Below are positions 9,404 through 17,609 of a DNA stretch of 64,000 bases, one piece after another (positions within the stretch are counted from its first letter, which is position 1; each line of letters opens with the position of its first letter). Under the pieces are notes generated by a model. That model did not search any database. It was not told the origin of the DNA and saw only the letters and a program-made list of their open reading frames with translations. The translations under genes and the position numbers were made by a program. The stretch comes from an uncultured Verrucomicrobiae bacterium (GTDB lineage: Bacteria; Verrucomicrobiota; Verrucomicrobiia; Chthoniobacterales; Terrimicrobiaceae): contig CAVPOC010000003.1 in assembly GCA_963706955.1 (NCBI GenBank), positions 416,001 to 480,000 of the forward strand. Direction: 5' to 3'.

Positions 9404-10912
9404 ATGATCTCTGCATTCACGAACATCTTCAAAATCCCTGAATTGCGCCAACGGGTGCTCTTCACGCTGGCGATGATCGTGATTGTTCGAGCAGGCTCCG
9501 CAATCACTACGCCTGGAGTGAATGCGGACATCCTGCGTGAATGGTTTCGCAATGTCGCAGATGCTCAGTCTGCCGGCGGTGTCGCCTCGCTCTTCAATCT
9601 CTTCAGCGGTGGAGCTCTGGCCCATTGTGCGATTTTCTCGCTCGGGATCATGCCCTACATCAGCGCTTCGATCATGATGCAGCTGCTCACCGCAGTGATT
9701 CCCCAGCTCGGGAAATTGGCCCGTGAGGATGGCGGTCGGCGAAAAATCATGCAGTACACCCGCTACGCCACGATCGCGCTCTGCATCTTTCAAGGCTTCC
9801 TGCTCGCCAAATCTTTCGAGAACCCGCAGGCGAATCCATTCTTGCCGGGGATTATGGATACGATCAACCGCCTTGGAATGGACCTGGTTCCTGAGCCAGG
9901 CTGGGCGTTCCAGCTGATGACTGTCATTACCATGACGGCGGGGACGATGTTCCTCATGTGGTTGGGAGACCAGATCACCGAACGTGGCATTGGCAACGGC
10001 GTCTCGCTGATCATCACCGTGGGCATCCTGGCCCAACTGCCTGCCGGGTTGATTCAAGCGTGGCGCACGTTCGTGCCCACGGCTCCCGGTGCCCAGGCGA
10101 ATGTTAGCCCGATCGTCCTGGTCCTGTTGTGTCTTTTTCTCGTCCTGGTTATTGCCGCAGTTATCGCCGTAACCCAGGCGCAGCGCAAGATCAGCATCCA
10201 ATACGCCAAGCGCGTCGTTGGGCGGAAGGTTTACGGCGGCCAGACGCAATACATGCCGCTCAAGATCAACTATGCGGGCGTGATGCCCATCATCTTTGCT
10301 CAAGCGATTCTGCTCTTTCCGTCCACGATCATCAACATGGCTTTCCCTCAAAACCGGACCGCGCAGGAGATTGCCAACCTGCTCGCCGTCGGTTGGCTGC
10401 ATTACGTGCTCTACGGGGTGATGATTTTCTTCTTTAGCTATTTCTGGGTCGCCACCCAATTTCAGCCCGTTCAGATCGCCGACGATCTCAAGAAATACGG
10501 GGGGTTCATTCCCGGGGTGCGCCCGGGCAAACCTACCGCTGACTTCCTTGATTACACCATGTCGCGCCTGACTTTCGCCGGAGCGATCTTCCTGACGATT
10601 ATAGCGGTGCTGCCTCAGCTTCTGGCGCAGGCGTTGAAGGTTCCCTACATGACGGCGCAGTTTTTCGGGGGCACGGGCGTGCTGATCATCGTGGGCGTGG
10701 TGCTCGACACCATGCGCCAGGTCGAGACTCACCTGCTGCAGCGGCACTACGACGGCTTTCTTCGCAAAGGAAAGATTCGCGGGGCGCGCGAGCAGCGTCC
10801 ACGCCTGAGCTCCGGGCAGGTCCTCGATGACAGCTCACTGGTCTTCATCTACGCCAGTCTTGGTATTCTGGTGATCGCCGGCGTGACCATCTTCTTTGCC
10901 ACGCGGCAGTAG
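9404..10912 (+). CDS. secY: Preprotein translocase SecY with an extra C-terminal hydrophobic segment
   Basis: LGIMPYISAS, GIGNGVSLII, IPGVRPG and GGTGVLIIVGV motifs; 10 canonical TM segments plus one more. Confidence 0.99.
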   Translation: MISAFTNIFKIPELRQRVLFTLAMIVIVRAGSAITTPGVNADILREWFRNVADAQSAGGVASLFNLFSGGALAHCAIFSLGIMPYISASIMMQLLTAVIPQLGKLAREDGGRRKIMQYTRYATIALCIFQGFLLAKSFENPQANPFLPGIMDTINRLGMDLVPEPGWAFQLMTVITMTAGTMFLMWLGDQITERGIGNGVSLIITVGILAQLPAGLIQAWRTFVPTAPGAQANVSPIVLVLLCLFLVLVIAAVIAVTQAQRKISIQYAKRVVGRKVYGGQTQYMPLKINYAGVMPIIFAQAILLFPSTIINMAFPQNRTAQEIANLLAVGWLHYVLYGVMIFFFSYFWVATQFQPVQIADDLKKYGGFIPGVRPGKPTADFLDYTMSRLTFAGAIFLTIIAVLPQLLAQALKVPYMTAQFFGGTGVLIIVGVVLDTMRQVETHLLQRHYDGFLRKGKIRGAREQRPRLSSGQVLDDSSLVFIYASLGILVIAGVTIFFATRQ

Positions 10913-10915
10913 GAC

Positions 10916-11569
10916 ATGAAGAACCGGATAGTTCTCCTGGGTCCTCCCGCCTCTGGAAAAGGCACGCAAGCTGCCCTCCTCTCGGCAACATTCGGGATTC
11001 CAGCGGCCTCGACCGGGGCAATCCTGCGCGAAGAAAAGGCGCGCGGAAGCGAGCTTGGCGCCGAAGCGGAACGCTGGATCATCCAGGGAAAGCTTTTCCC
11101 TGACGAGCTGGCCCTGCGCGTCGTCTGGAAATGGCTCGATAATCGCCGGCGGTTCATCCTTGACGGCTTTCCCCGAACGCTCGGCCAAGCGAAAGCCTTC
11201 GACGATGGACTTGAGCAGCGAAGTTTACCGCTCGAGGTAGTCTATTTTCTCAAGCTGTCGGACGAGATGGTTCGCGAGCGGATGACCAGTCGCCTGACGT
11301 GCTCGCAATGCGGATCGGTCTTCAACGAAAGCTTTCATGACGTCACCGTCGATACGCCGTGTCCACGATGCGGAGGCGAACTGGCACGGCGCGACGATGA
11401 TACCGACGATGCTCTCGATCGCCGGCTCGCGCAGTTTCGAGAGCATACCTTGCCGGTAGCCCACCACTATCGGACGAAAGGCTTGCTCAAGGAAGTGGAT
11501 GCAACCGATGGGCGCGATGCCATTTTCACTCGGCTCTATTTCGATTTCCACCAGGAGGTGCTCGTATGA
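10916..11569 (+). CDS. adk: Adenylate kinase, Zn-binding LID type
   Basis: P-loop GPPASGKGTQ, ILDGFPRT, LID with CSQC...CPRC, RRDDD. Confidence 0.93.
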   Translation: MKNRIVLLGPPASGKGTQAALLSATFGIPAASTGAILREEKARGSELGAEAERWIIQGKLFPDELALRVVWKWLDNRRRFILDGFPRTLGQAKAFDDGLEQRSLPLEVVYFLKLSDEMVRERMTSRLTCSQCGSVFNESFHDVTVDTPCPRCGGELARRDDDTDDALDRRLAQFREHTLPVAHHYRTKGLLKEVDATDGRDAIFTRLYFDFHQEVLV

Positions 11570-12330
11570 TTCCGATAAAACGCGGGGCCGAAATTGACAA
11601 AATGCGGCGCGCAGGGGAGATCGCCGCGGAAATTCTCAATCGTCTCGCCGATCTGGCCGCACCGGGCATTACCACCGGCGAAATCGACCGAGCCGCCGCC
11701 GGTTTCATGCAAGAAGTCGGTGTGCAAAGCGCTTTCCTCGGTTACAAGAAATTCCCGGGCCACATTTGCATCTCCATCAATGAAGAGGTCGTTCATGGAA
11801 TCGGGGGACCACGCAAGATCAGCTACGGCGACGTGGTGAAGATGGATGTCGGAATTGTCCGCGATGGCTGGATCGGCGACACGGCGATGAGCGTCCCGGT
11901 GGGAATCATCGACCCCGAGACCGAACGGCTCCTCACCATAACCGAGCAAATCCTCGATGGTGCCGTCCAGCGCGTCCAATCCGGGACCCGCCTTGGCGAT
12001 ATTAGCGCATTTGTTGAAGAGCAGGCGACTCGTCACGGTTATTCGGTCGTCCGCGAGTTCGTCGGTCACGGAGTAGGTCGGCATCTTCACGAGGAACCCC
12101 AGATCCCAAACTTCGGCAAACGCGGCACCGGCCCAATCCTCCGAGCGGGGATGACACTTGCTATCGAGCCGATGATAAACCTGGGAAAAGCGAAGATCCG
12201 CGTGCTCGACGATAAGTGGACAGTGGTCACCGCCGACGGACTGCCCTCAGCTCACTTTGAACATACCGTGCTCGTTACTGACGGGGGCCCCGAAATATTG
12301 ACATGGCCAAGAAAGACGCTATTGAAGTAG
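11566..12330 (+). CDS. map: Methionine aminopeptidase type I
   Basis: [28 protein letters not shown] and SAHFEHT motifs. Confidence 0.98.
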   Translation: MIPIKRGAEIDKMRRAGEIAAEILNRLADLAAPGITTGEIDRAAAGFMQEVGVQSAFLGYKKFPGHICISINEEVVHGIGGPRKISYGDVVKMDVGIVRDGWIGDTAMSVPVGIIDPETERLLTITEQILDGAVQRVQSGTRLGDISAFVEEQATRHGYSVVREFVGHGVGRHLHEEPQIPNFGKRGTGPILRAGMTLAIEPMINLGKAKIRVLDDKWTVVTADGLPSAHFEHTVLVTDGGPEILTWPRKTLLK

Positions 12331-12551
12331 AGGGGAAAGTCGTTGAACTGCTGCCAAATACCATGTTCCGGGTGGAACTGGGAAACGGGCATCGCATTCT
12401 GGCGCACATTTCCGGAAAAATGCGGCTGCACTTCATCCGCATTCTGCCCGGCGACAAGGTCATGGTGGAAATGTCCCCCTACGATCTCACCAAAGGCCGA
12501 ATTACCTTCCGCCACAAGTCTGACACGCCCAAACCCGAAACCGTCAAATGA
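12303..12551 (+). CDS. infA: Translation initiation factor IF-1
   Basis: [16 protein letters not shown] and [10 protein letters not shown] motifs; overlaps the end of map by 28 nt. Confidence 0.98.
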   Translation: MAKKDAIEVEGKVVELLPNTMFRVELGNGHRILAHISGKMRLHFIRILPGDKVMVEMSPYDLTKGRITFRHKSDTPKPETVK

Positions 12552-12661
12552 AAGTCCGAGCTTCCGTAAAGCGCCTCTGCGAAAACTGCAAGATCGTGCG
12601 GCGCAAGAACGTGGTGCGCGTCATCTGCACCAACCCGCGACACAAACAAAAACAAGGCTGA
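12548..12661 (+). CDS. rpmJ: 50S ribosomal protein bL36 (Zn-ribbon C+ type), not in the ORF track
   Basis: Manual translation [41 protein letters not shown] overlap with infA. Confidence 0.98.
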   Translation: MKVRASVKRLCENCKIVRRKNVVRVICTNPRHKQKQG

Positions 12662-12701
12662 CCGCCATGGCGATTACCCTAAACCTCACCTCGAAAACAT
12701 C

Positions 12702-13097
12702 ATGCCACGCCTTCTTGGAGTAGAGATTCCCGGCGACAAGCGAATCGAAGCTTCGCTCTCCTACATCTACGGTATCGGTCCCAGCAATACCAAACGCATT
12801 TTGGAAGTTGCCAACATCGACCCGAACATCCGGGCGAAAGAACTATCGCCCGAGCAGTTGAATGCGATCATCCACGCGATCAATTCGCTCAAGATCGCTA
12901 TCGAAGGTGACCTTCGCCGGGAAGTGCAAAGCAATCTCAAGCGCCTCCAAGCCATCAACTGCTATCGCGGAATCCGCCACCGGCGCGGATTGCCAGTCCG
13001 CGGCCAGCGCACTTCCACCAATGCCCGGACTCGCAAAGGTCCGCGCAAGACGGTCGGCGTGCAACGTAACCCCGACGCCAAGGCCGGCAAAGTTTAA
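12702..13097 (+). CDS. rpsM: 30S ribosomal protein uS13
   Basis: IYGIG, EGDLRR and [17 protein letters not shown] motifs. Confidence 0.99.
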   Translation: MPRLLGVEIPGDKRIEASLSYIYGIGPSNTKRILEVANIDPNIRAKELSPEQLNAIIHAINSLKIAIEGDLRREVQSNLKRLQAINCYRGIRHRRGLPVRGQRTSTNARTRKGPRKTVGVQRNPDAKAGKV

Positions 13098-13102
13098 GAA
13101 TT

Positions 13103-13777
13103 ATGGCTGACGAAACTCCCAATAATCCCGCAGCTCCTCAAGGCGGCGCCGGCCGCTCCGGCGGTGAAAAAAAATCAAAACCGCCGGTAGCAAAGAAGAA
13201 AGATCCCGAGAGCGCAGCGCCCGTCGCAGCCCCTCCCGGCCCGTCCGCTGCAGCCCCTGCCGGCACGCCAGCCGCCAGCACCGAAGCTCCCAAGGAAGCC
13301 AAACCGGCGACCGCTTCTCGCAAGCCTGCCAAGAAGGACGAAAAGAAGGACGCGGCTCCAGCGCCCGTCGCCCTTTCACTTGATGAGACGATCGAACCGT
13401 TGAAGGTGGTCAAGGCGAAGGGCAGTAAGAACGTCACCCACGGCATCGCTCACGTGCAGGCCAGCTTCAACAACACTATCGTCAGCATCACCGACCAAAA
13501 AGGCGCCGTCATCGGATGGTCCAGCGCTGGCAAGTGCGGCTTCAAGGGCTCGCGAAAGAGCACCGCTTACGCCGCCCAGATGGTCGCGCAAGATGCCTGC
13601 AGACAGGCCATGAGTCACGGCCTCAGGGAAGTCGAGGTCCGCGTGAAGGGCCCCGGCGCTGGCCGCGAGTCAGCCGTGCGCGCAATGCAGGCGGTCGGCC
13701 TCGAGATCACCGTCATACGGGACGTCACGCCGGTCCCCCATAATGGCTGTCGCCCTCCCAAACAGCGAAGAGTCTAA
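13103..13777 (+). CDS. rpsK: 30S ribosomal protein uS11 with a long Pro/Ala/Lys-rich N-terminal extension
   Basis: [22 protein letters not shown] and [14 protein letters not shown] motifs; 224 aa. Confidence 0.97.
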   Translation: MADETPNNPAAPQGGAGRSGGEKKSKPPVAKKKDPESAAPVAAPPGPSAAAPAGTPAASTEAPKEAKPATASRKPAKKDEKKDAAPAPVALSLDETIEPLKVVKAKGSKNVTHGIAHVQASFNNTIVSITDQKGAVIGWSSAGKCGFKGSRKSTAYAAQMVAQDACRQAMSHGLREVEVRVKGPGAGRESAVRAMQAVGLEITVIRDVTPVPHNGCRPPKQRRV

Positions 13778-13780
13778 GAC

Positions 13781-13891
13781 AAGTTTTATGTTTAAAGTTT
13801 TAAGTTCTAAGCAAACGCAGCACCCCCGGAATCTGTCGAACCTGCAAACCGAGATAGGGAACTTAAAACTTAAAACCTAAGACTTAAAACT
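13781..13891. repeat. AT-rich heptamer tandem arrays in inverted orientation
   Basis: Left arm AAGTTTT ATGTTTA AAGTTTT AAGTTCT AAG (13781-13811); right arm ACTTAAA ACTTAAA ACCTAAG ACTTAAA ACT (13861-13891); imperfect reverse complements. Confidence 0.85.
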
Positions 13892-13901
13892 CTCCTTTCC
13901 C

Positions 13902-14513
13902 ATGGCTCGTTATACCGGACCCAAGACCAAAGTAAGCCGCCGTTACGGCGTGCTCGTTCACGGCTCGCCCAAAGCGTTTGAGAACAAGAACTATCCACCT
14001 GGCCAGCATGGGCCGAAGGGATCCCGGCGCAAGCTTTCGGATTACGCCCTGGCGCTCGCCGAAAAGCAGAAGCTGCGCTACCAATACGGTGTGCTCGAGC
14101 GGCAGTTCCGCCGCTATTTTCAATTGGCCTTGCGCAAGCGTGGGGTAACCGGTGAGATCCTGCTTCAACTACTCGAGACGCGCTTGGACAACGTCGTCCA
14201 GAAGCTCGGCTTGGCGAAAACCCTGCGCGCCGCGCGACAAATGGTTTCGCATGGCCACGTCACCGTCAACGGCAGGAAGACCAACATCTCGTCGATGAAC
14301 GTTAAGGCTGGCGACAAAGTCGCGGTAAGATCGACGGATCGCTCGCGGCGGCTGGCGGCCAAGGCGGTCGATCAAACTTCAGCTATCTCGACGCCGGAAT
14401 GGTTGATTGCGGACAAAGACGGCCTCAGTGGAACCGTCACGCGTCTCCCAACCAGAGCGGACATCAACCCGATCGTCAACGAACAGCTCGTCGTCGAATT
14501 GTATTCGCGCTAG
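13902..14513 (+). CDS. rpsD: 30S ribosomal protein uS4
   Basis: MARYTGP, PPGQHG, LETRLDNVV, ARQMVSHGH and VVELYSR motifs. Confidence 0.99.
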   Translation: MARYTGPKTKVSRRYGVLVHGSPKAFENKNYPPGQHGPKGSRRKLSDYALALAEKQKLRYQYGVLERQFRRYFQLALRKRGVTGEILLQLLETRLDNVVQKLGLAKTLRAARQMVSHGHVTVNGRKTNISSMNVKAGDKVAVRSTDRSRRLAAKAVDQTSAISTPEWLIADKDGLSGTVTRLPTRADINPIVNEQLVVELYSR

Positions 14514-14547
14514 CGGAGTTGAAGCCTCCTTCAAATCGCAAAGGTGC

Positions 14548-14578
14548 AACGCCCGCCCTCTCGGCGGGCGTTTGTCTT
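14548..14578 (+). terminator. Probable intrinsic terminator of the ribosomal operon
   Basis: AACGCCCGCC-ctctc-GGCGGGCGTT 10-bp stem followed by T-rich TGTCTT, 34 nt after rpsD. Confidence 0.7.
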
Positions 14579-14626
14579 GGTGCCGCTCTTGTCATTCCTC
14601 CCAATCCCGCTTAATTCCTCAAGAAT

Positions 14627-15670
14627 ATGCCGAAGACTGAAGATCCTTCTTCCACCGTTGATGAAAAGGCCGCCGCCATGCGGGCAAAGAACCTCGACCT
14701 CGCCATCCAGCAAATCGAAAAGGACTATGGCAGCGAAGCAATTCGCCGACTCGGCGATGCGACGGTCTCGGCCGTTGACGTTATCCCCACCGGAAACATT
14801 CAGATCGACCGCGCCCTTGGCGTCGGCGGTTTTCCGCGTGGCCGCGTTGTCGAGATTTTCGGACCGGAAAGCTCAGGCAAAACGACCCTCACGCTGACCG
14901 CGATAGCCCAGGCACAGAAGAACGGCGGGTTGGCCGGCTTTATCGACGTCGAGCATGCGCTTGATCCCGGCTATGCCCGAAAACTGAGCGTCAACCTCGA
15001 CGATTTACTGGTTTCTCAGCCGAGCTCGGGCGAAGAAGCGCTTCGTATCTGCGAGACGCTCGTGCGCTCCAATGCTCTCGACGTCATCGTGATCGACTCG
15101 GTGGCGGCGTTGGTCACGAAGTCAGAACTGGAGGGCGAAATCGGCGACGCTGTCGTCGGGGCGCAGGCCCGGCTGATGAGCAATGCGCTCCGAAAACTCA
15201 CTTCGTTCATCTCGAGGGCGCGGACCGTCTGCATTTTCACCAATCAGATCCGCGAGAAGATTGGCGTGATGTTCGGCAATCCGGAGACTACGCCGGGTGG
15301 CAAGGCCCTGAAATTTTACGCGAGCGTTCGCGTCGATATCCGCCGAATTGGAGCGATCAAGAATAGCGATGGAACCGTCACCGGCAACCGCACCAGGATC
15401 AAAATCGTCAAGAACAAGGTCGCCCCACCCTTCACTGAGGCGGAATTCGACATCATGTACAATGAGGGAATTTCCAGTACCGGCTCGCTGCTCGATCTCG
15501 CGCTCGAAAAAGGCGTGCTCGAAAAGCGAGGCTCATGGCTCAGCTACAAGGGGACCCAGCTGGCGCAAGGTCGCGACGCTGCCAAGGAGGTCTTGCGAAG
15601 CGACGCAGCGCTCTTCCAGCAGATCGACCAGGACGTCCGCTCCGCGCTCGATTCCGCGAAAAAGCCGTAG
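14627..15670 (+). CDS. recA: Recombinase A
   Basis: [17 protein letters not shown] and [28 protein letters not shown] motifs. Confidence 0.99.
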   Translation: MPKTEDPSSTVDEKAAAMRAKNLDLAIQQIEKDYGSEAIRRLGDATVSAVDVIPTGNIQIDRALGVGGFPRGRVVEIFGPESSGKTTLTLTAIAQAQKNGGLAGFIDVEHALDPGYARKLSVNLDDLLVSQPSSGEEALRICETLVRSNALDVIVIDSVAALVTKSELEGEIGDAVVGAQARLMSNALRKLTSFISRARTVCIFTNQIREKIGVMFGNPETTPGGKALKFYASVRVDIRRIGAIKNSDGTVTGNRTRIKIVKNKVAPPFTEAEFDIMYNEGISSTGSLLDLALEKGVLEKRGSWLSYKGTQLAQGRDAAKEVLRSDAALFQQIDQDVRSALDSAKKP

Positions 15671-15682
15671 AGCCGAACGCTG

Positions 15683-16585
15683 ATGCCCCCCGCGAAATCC
15701 CCCCGAATCCTCCTCTTCGGAAGCTCGAATACTGACCTTGTTGTCGTCTGCGATCGGCTCCCCGAACCCGGAGAAACACTCCTCGGCGGAGACTTCCACC
15801 GTACCGCCGGCGGAAAAGGGGCCAACCAGGCGGTGGCGGCTGCACGCGCCGGCGCGAACGTCATCTTTGTCGGGGCGCGCGGAGATGACGATTTTGGGGC
15901 TTTGGCTGCAGAGGGACTTCGTCGTGAAAAGATCGACATCCGGCACTTCAGAATTCACAAGGGCGTTCCTAGTGGCATTGCGCTGATCCTCATTGGAGGC
16001 GAATCTCGCGAGAATGTGATCGCCGTCGCCCATTCCGCCAACGATCTGCTCTCCGAAGCGAGCGTCCAAGCGGTCGCTTCGGAGTTCGTGAAGTGCAACG
16101 CCGTCGTCACCCAGCTCGAGATCCCGATGAGCGCGGTAAGGACAGCCGCTAAGCTTGCATATGAAGCCCGCAAACCGCTCGTCCTCAATCCGGCCCCGGC
16201 CCGCGCTCTACCCAAATCGCTTCTGCGACTCGTGCATACGATCACCCCTAACGAGCATGAGGCCGCCATTCTCACCGGCGAGCACGACCCCGAACGCGCT
16301 GGCCAAAAATTGATTCAAGCCGGTTGTCGTAACGCCGTTGTCACCCTCGGAGCCAAGGGCGCCCTGCTCGTGAACGCATCAGGTGTGAGTCAGTTTTCTG
16401 TCGCCAAAGTTAAGCCGGTCGATACCGTCGGCGCGGGCGATTGCTTTACCGGCTGGCTGGCTACCGGTATCGCCGAAGACCTCAGCATGCCTGACGCTAT
16501 CACTCGCGCCATCCGCGCCGCCGGCATCGCCATCACCCGCGCCGGCGCTCAGGATGCGATGCCCAGACGCGGAGAGGTTTGCTAA
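15683..16585 (+). CDS. rbsK: Ribokinase (PfkB family)
   Basis: GGKGANQAVAAAR, NPAPA, PNEHEA and DTVGAGDCF motifs. Confidence 0.9.
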   Translation: MPPAKSPRILLFGSSNTDLVVVCDRLPEPGETLLGGDFHRTAGGKGANQAVAAARAGANVIFVGARGDDDFGALAAEGLRREKIDIRHFRIHKGVPSGIALILIGGESRENVIAVAHSANDLLSEASVQAVASEFVKCNAVVTQLEIPMSAVRTAAKLAYEARKPLVLNPAPARALPKSLLRLVHTITPNEHEAAILTGEHDPERAGQKLIQAGCRNAVVTLGAKGALLVNASGVSQFSVAKVKPVDTVGAGDCFTGWLATGIAEDLSMPDAITRAIRAAGIAITRAGAQDAMPRRGEVC

Positions 16586-16793
16586 TACAAACCGCGTCTG
16601 CGCTTCCGCTTTCACGCGGCGACTCTTGGGAGACTTCCTCGTCCTGGCGAAGCTAAGCCCCACGACAGACCTTTTCTGAAACAGATCAAGCCGGCGGGCA
16701 CACGAGCGATCTTGAGGCAGCTTCTCGCGAGCAGTCATTCAAAATTGAACCGTTTGCCGTTGACCATAGAAAAGCATCTGTTAAACCGTTCTG

Positions 16794-17090
16794 GTGACCT
16801 TCCGCCTTCTCTTCCTGATTGTCACCGGAGCGTTTCTTGTCACCGGCTGTGAACTGGATGAATTTCTCGCACCTGATCCGGTGATGTATGTCGGCGATCG
16901 GCCCTACCCGATGGACTTCGATCCCTATTACAATCAACCTAAATTTTATCGACAGCCGCGGTATTACGAATCCACCAGCAAAAAGACGAAAGGCAACCGG
17001 GTGTTCAAGACCACCAGGGTGAAGGACGAATACGGGAACACCGTTTATAAGAACACGACCTCTCACAAGAAGAAGAAAAAGAAAAGTTAG
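16794..17090 (+). CDS. Small hypothetical lipoprotein with a poly-Lys C-terminus
   Basis: Hydrophobic leader with lipobox LVTGC; ends SHKKKKKKS; 9 nt before the next ORF. Confidence 0.65.
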   Translation: MTFRLLFLIVTGAFLVTGCELDEFLAPDPVMYVGDRPYPMDFDPYYNQPKFYRQPRYYESTSKKTKGNRVFKTTRVKDEYGNTVYKNTTSHKKKKKKS

Positions 17091-17099
17091 TTTAAGCTC

Positions 17100-17447
17100 A
17101 TGAAACGCCCTTTCGTTCTCTTCATTCTGCTGAGTGTCACCGGCGCCGTGGCGTCTGATCTCAACTTCACGCTGATCAATAAGACGGCGCGGAGCTTTGA
17201 AGGTGTCTATATCACCGCCTCCGATAACAAAGATTGGGATGCCAACATCCTCCGGAATGGCAAGGTGCTTGCAACCGGCGGCCACATTGAAGTTCGCTTC
17301 CCGCGCGACGCCAAGTCGGCAACCTGGGATCTCAACCTGGTCGACGATCAAGGACTTTCAATCACATTGGACGACGTCAATCTGACCAACGCAGACACCG
17401 TCACGTTGACGGATGTTAAAGGTAAGGTCACCGCGGAGGTCGAATAA
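17100..17447 (+). CDS. Small exported beta-sandwich-like hypothetical protein
   Basis: Signal peptide ending AVA; NFTLINKT...VYIT...DW..NIL pattern. Confidence 0.75.
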   Translation: MKRPFVLFILLSVTGAVASDLNFTLINKTARSFEGVYITASDNKDWDANILRNGKVLATGGHIEVRFPRDAKSATWDLNLVDDQGLSITLDDVNLTNADTVTLTDVKGKVTAEVE

Positions 17448-17489
17448 GCGAGCCCTGTTCGATTTTCGGGTGATGAATTCGAAAGAAAT

Positions 17490-17554
17490 TGTGGAGGCGC
17501 TTGTGCCAAGCGCCTGTGGATTTTCGCTGGGCGCTTGACACAAGCGCCCCTACA
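17490..17554. repeat. REP-like inverted doublet (family 2)
   Basis: TGTGGAGGCGCTTGTGCCAAGCGCC and inverted GGGCGCTTGACACAAGCGCCCCTACA between convergent genes; related copies near 30698 and 58887. Confidence 0.7.
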
Positions 17555-17609
17555 ACGCGAAGTTCGGTTTTGTAATTCCTCAGACGTTCGTAGCGCCGAG
17601 CCTCGAACT

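Noticed and set aside
9395..10747. 450-aa antisense ORF over secY (similar: 2386-3459, 3483-4316, 19150-20016, 42789-43772)
   Set aside because: Shadow frames expected from GC-rich codon bias opposite well-supported genes; no recognisable motifs
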